From the sequence record MN871449.1: DNA of 64,000 bases, one strand, 5' to 3'. Made by a program: the position numbers and the translations under genes. Below are positions 62,903-64,000 of this stretch, piece by piece; the stretch's first letter is position 1, and every line of letters begins with the position of its first letter. Below the pieces are notes generated by a model. It saw only the letters and a program-made list of their open reading frames with translations, was not told the origin of the DNA and did no database searches.

Positions 62903-63325
62903 ATGATTACCGAAGAACAAAAGATCAAGATTCAACGCGTCATTCTGAAAACCAAAGGCTTAGCCGAAAGTACAGGTTATCTCCCCGAAGTGAAATTCGT
63001 TGAGACCCTGGAAGAAGCCGAACAGTTAGCTTTCGCGGCCAATGCTCGTATCCTTTTGTCTAATCGCATTCATTCCCATGGTGATCGTTTTGATGCAAAA
63101 GAGTTTGTTTCTCTTTTTGGTCAAGGTGCTCGCGCGCTGGATGTCGCAAAAACAATTGACCGTGTTTGTAAATGCGGCTTAGGTACAGTGCGTGTTCACA
63201 TCGCCATGAAGGGCAAAGTTGGAGCCCGTACCAACGCGATCAAAATCTATGTCGAAGTTGACTGGGATCATTTTGATCAGCAGGAATATTTGTTCTCCTG
63301 CAAAAACGTACTGATGGCCGAATAA
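62903..63325 (+). CDS. Hypothetical protein (140 aa)
   Basis: ATG 62903 with AGGA upstream (track start 62873 is less likely). Confidence 0.65.
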   Translation: MITEEQKIKIQRVILKTKGLAESTGYLPEVKFVETLEEAEQLAFAANARILLSNRIHSHGDRFDAKEFVSLFGQGARALDVAKTIDRVCKCGLGTVRVHIAMKGKVGARTNAIKIYVEVDWDHFDQQEYLFSCKNVLMAE

Positions 63326-63332
63326 TTTACTG

Positions 63333-63354
63333 GGTAGGGGTTTCGACCCCTACC
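63333..63354 (+). terminator. Hairpin/terminator
   Basis: GGTAGGGGT-TTCG-ACCCCTACC with a delayed T-tract. Confidence 0.6.
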
Positions 63355-63382
63355 TGCCTTTATTTTGTTTTAGGAGAATAAC

Positions 63383-63961
63383 ATGTCAGAATTAATCTCG
63401 TTAGGAAAATTTGTTGCTGCGTTTAACTTGTCCGGAAAAGTTTCTGCTTCCACTACCAAACACATTCTTATCACGGTTACCCATATCTCACCCCCTGGAA
63501 CGAGCATCGTTGACCTGGACGTAGAGAATGACGCTAAAAACATCCTTGGGTTTGATCTCCCTTTTAATTACGAACTCAACGAAACACTCGACGAACTTTA
63601 TGCCGCCGGGGTACGTCAAATCAAGGCGTATACGCTGGAGGATAAAGATCGCAATATTACGCGGTTATCTATTACTCCGGTAATGGAGAGTTTTGACTGC
63701 GAAGTGTACGTCGCCTGGATGAAAGATATTTTAGTCGAGTACGCTTATAAGCTACTCCCAGATTTCGATTCTTTAATGGTACAAGTTCACCAACGTAATC
63801 TGCCGGATGATGTTGACGGTGATCGGTACGAACCGGCCGTTAATGTCGCAGGGTTTCGCTACATTGCGAGAGCGTTTGGCTTCCAGTGGATTTTGGCCAG
63901 CCGTATGGATTTAGGCGGTCATTACAGCGGGGTGGTTTTACGGTTGGCTATGGTAGATTAA
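63383..63961 (+). CDS. Hypothetical protein (192 aa)
   Basis: AGGAG RBS; ends at a terminator. Confidence 0.75.
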   Translation: MSELISLGKFVAAFNLSGKVSASTTKHILITVTHISPPGTSIVDLDVENDAKNILGFDLPFNYELNETLDELYAAGVRQIKAYTLEDKDRNITRLSITPVMESFDCEVYVAWMKDILVEYAYKLLPDFDSLMVQVHQRNLPDDVDGDRYEPAVNVAGFRYIARAFGFQWILASRMDLGGHYSGVVLRLAMVD

Positions 63962-63967
63962 TCTGCC

Positions 63968-64000
63968 AAAAAGAAAGGGTACGCCCTTTCTTTTTTTTTT
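63968..64000 (+). terminator. Intrinsic terminator
   Basis: AAAAAGAAAGGG-TACG-CCCTTTC-T10. Confidence 0.8.

Noticed and set aside
1-64000. tRNA, rRNA, CRISPR array, transposase or integrase
   Set aside because: No cloverleaf with T-loop (GGTTCGA) and anticodon arm, no regularly spaced repeats, and no DDE or tyrosine-recombinase motifs seen by eye; tRNAscan-SE or Aragorn would be the definitive check.

Overview
This 64 kb window is from a nucleus-forming jumbo phage (phiKZ-like, Chimalliviridae); I infer this from protein motifs and gene order, not from a database search. In order it holds: a 5'-truncated HAD nucleotidase; an endolysin; tail tube and sheath; three virion/baseplate genes; the terminase large subunit; an accessory block (about 12-23 kb); tubulin PhuZ; an array of ten small, probably paralogous genes; the split family-B DNA polymerase; the nuclear shell protein chimallin (ChmA); four non-virion RNA polymerase subunits interleaved with an SbcD-like nuclease, ChmC and PicA; an SF2 helicase with a class-3 mini-intein in its Walker A motif; and a second accessory block (53-64 kb: GNAT, transglutaminase-like protein, DarG-like macrodomain, HTH proteins, twin AAA+ ATPases). 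A phage early-promoter motif TATATYAC-NN-TATTGAA recurs about 9 times, and hairpin terminators are common. Best leads: the ten-gene array between PhuZ and DNA polymerase; an SSB-tail mimic at the ChmC C-terminus; the intein; two unannotated microproteins (a 41-aa membrane peptide behind the endolysin and a 26-aa Cys4 peptide between the twin AAA ATPases); two Cys-His-Asp transglutaminase-like paralogs; and three structured non-coding elements (17.5, 54.1 and 57.3 kb). I saw no tRNA, rRNA, CRISPR array or transposase. phiKZ gene-number equivalences come from my recall of synteny and need checking by alignment.
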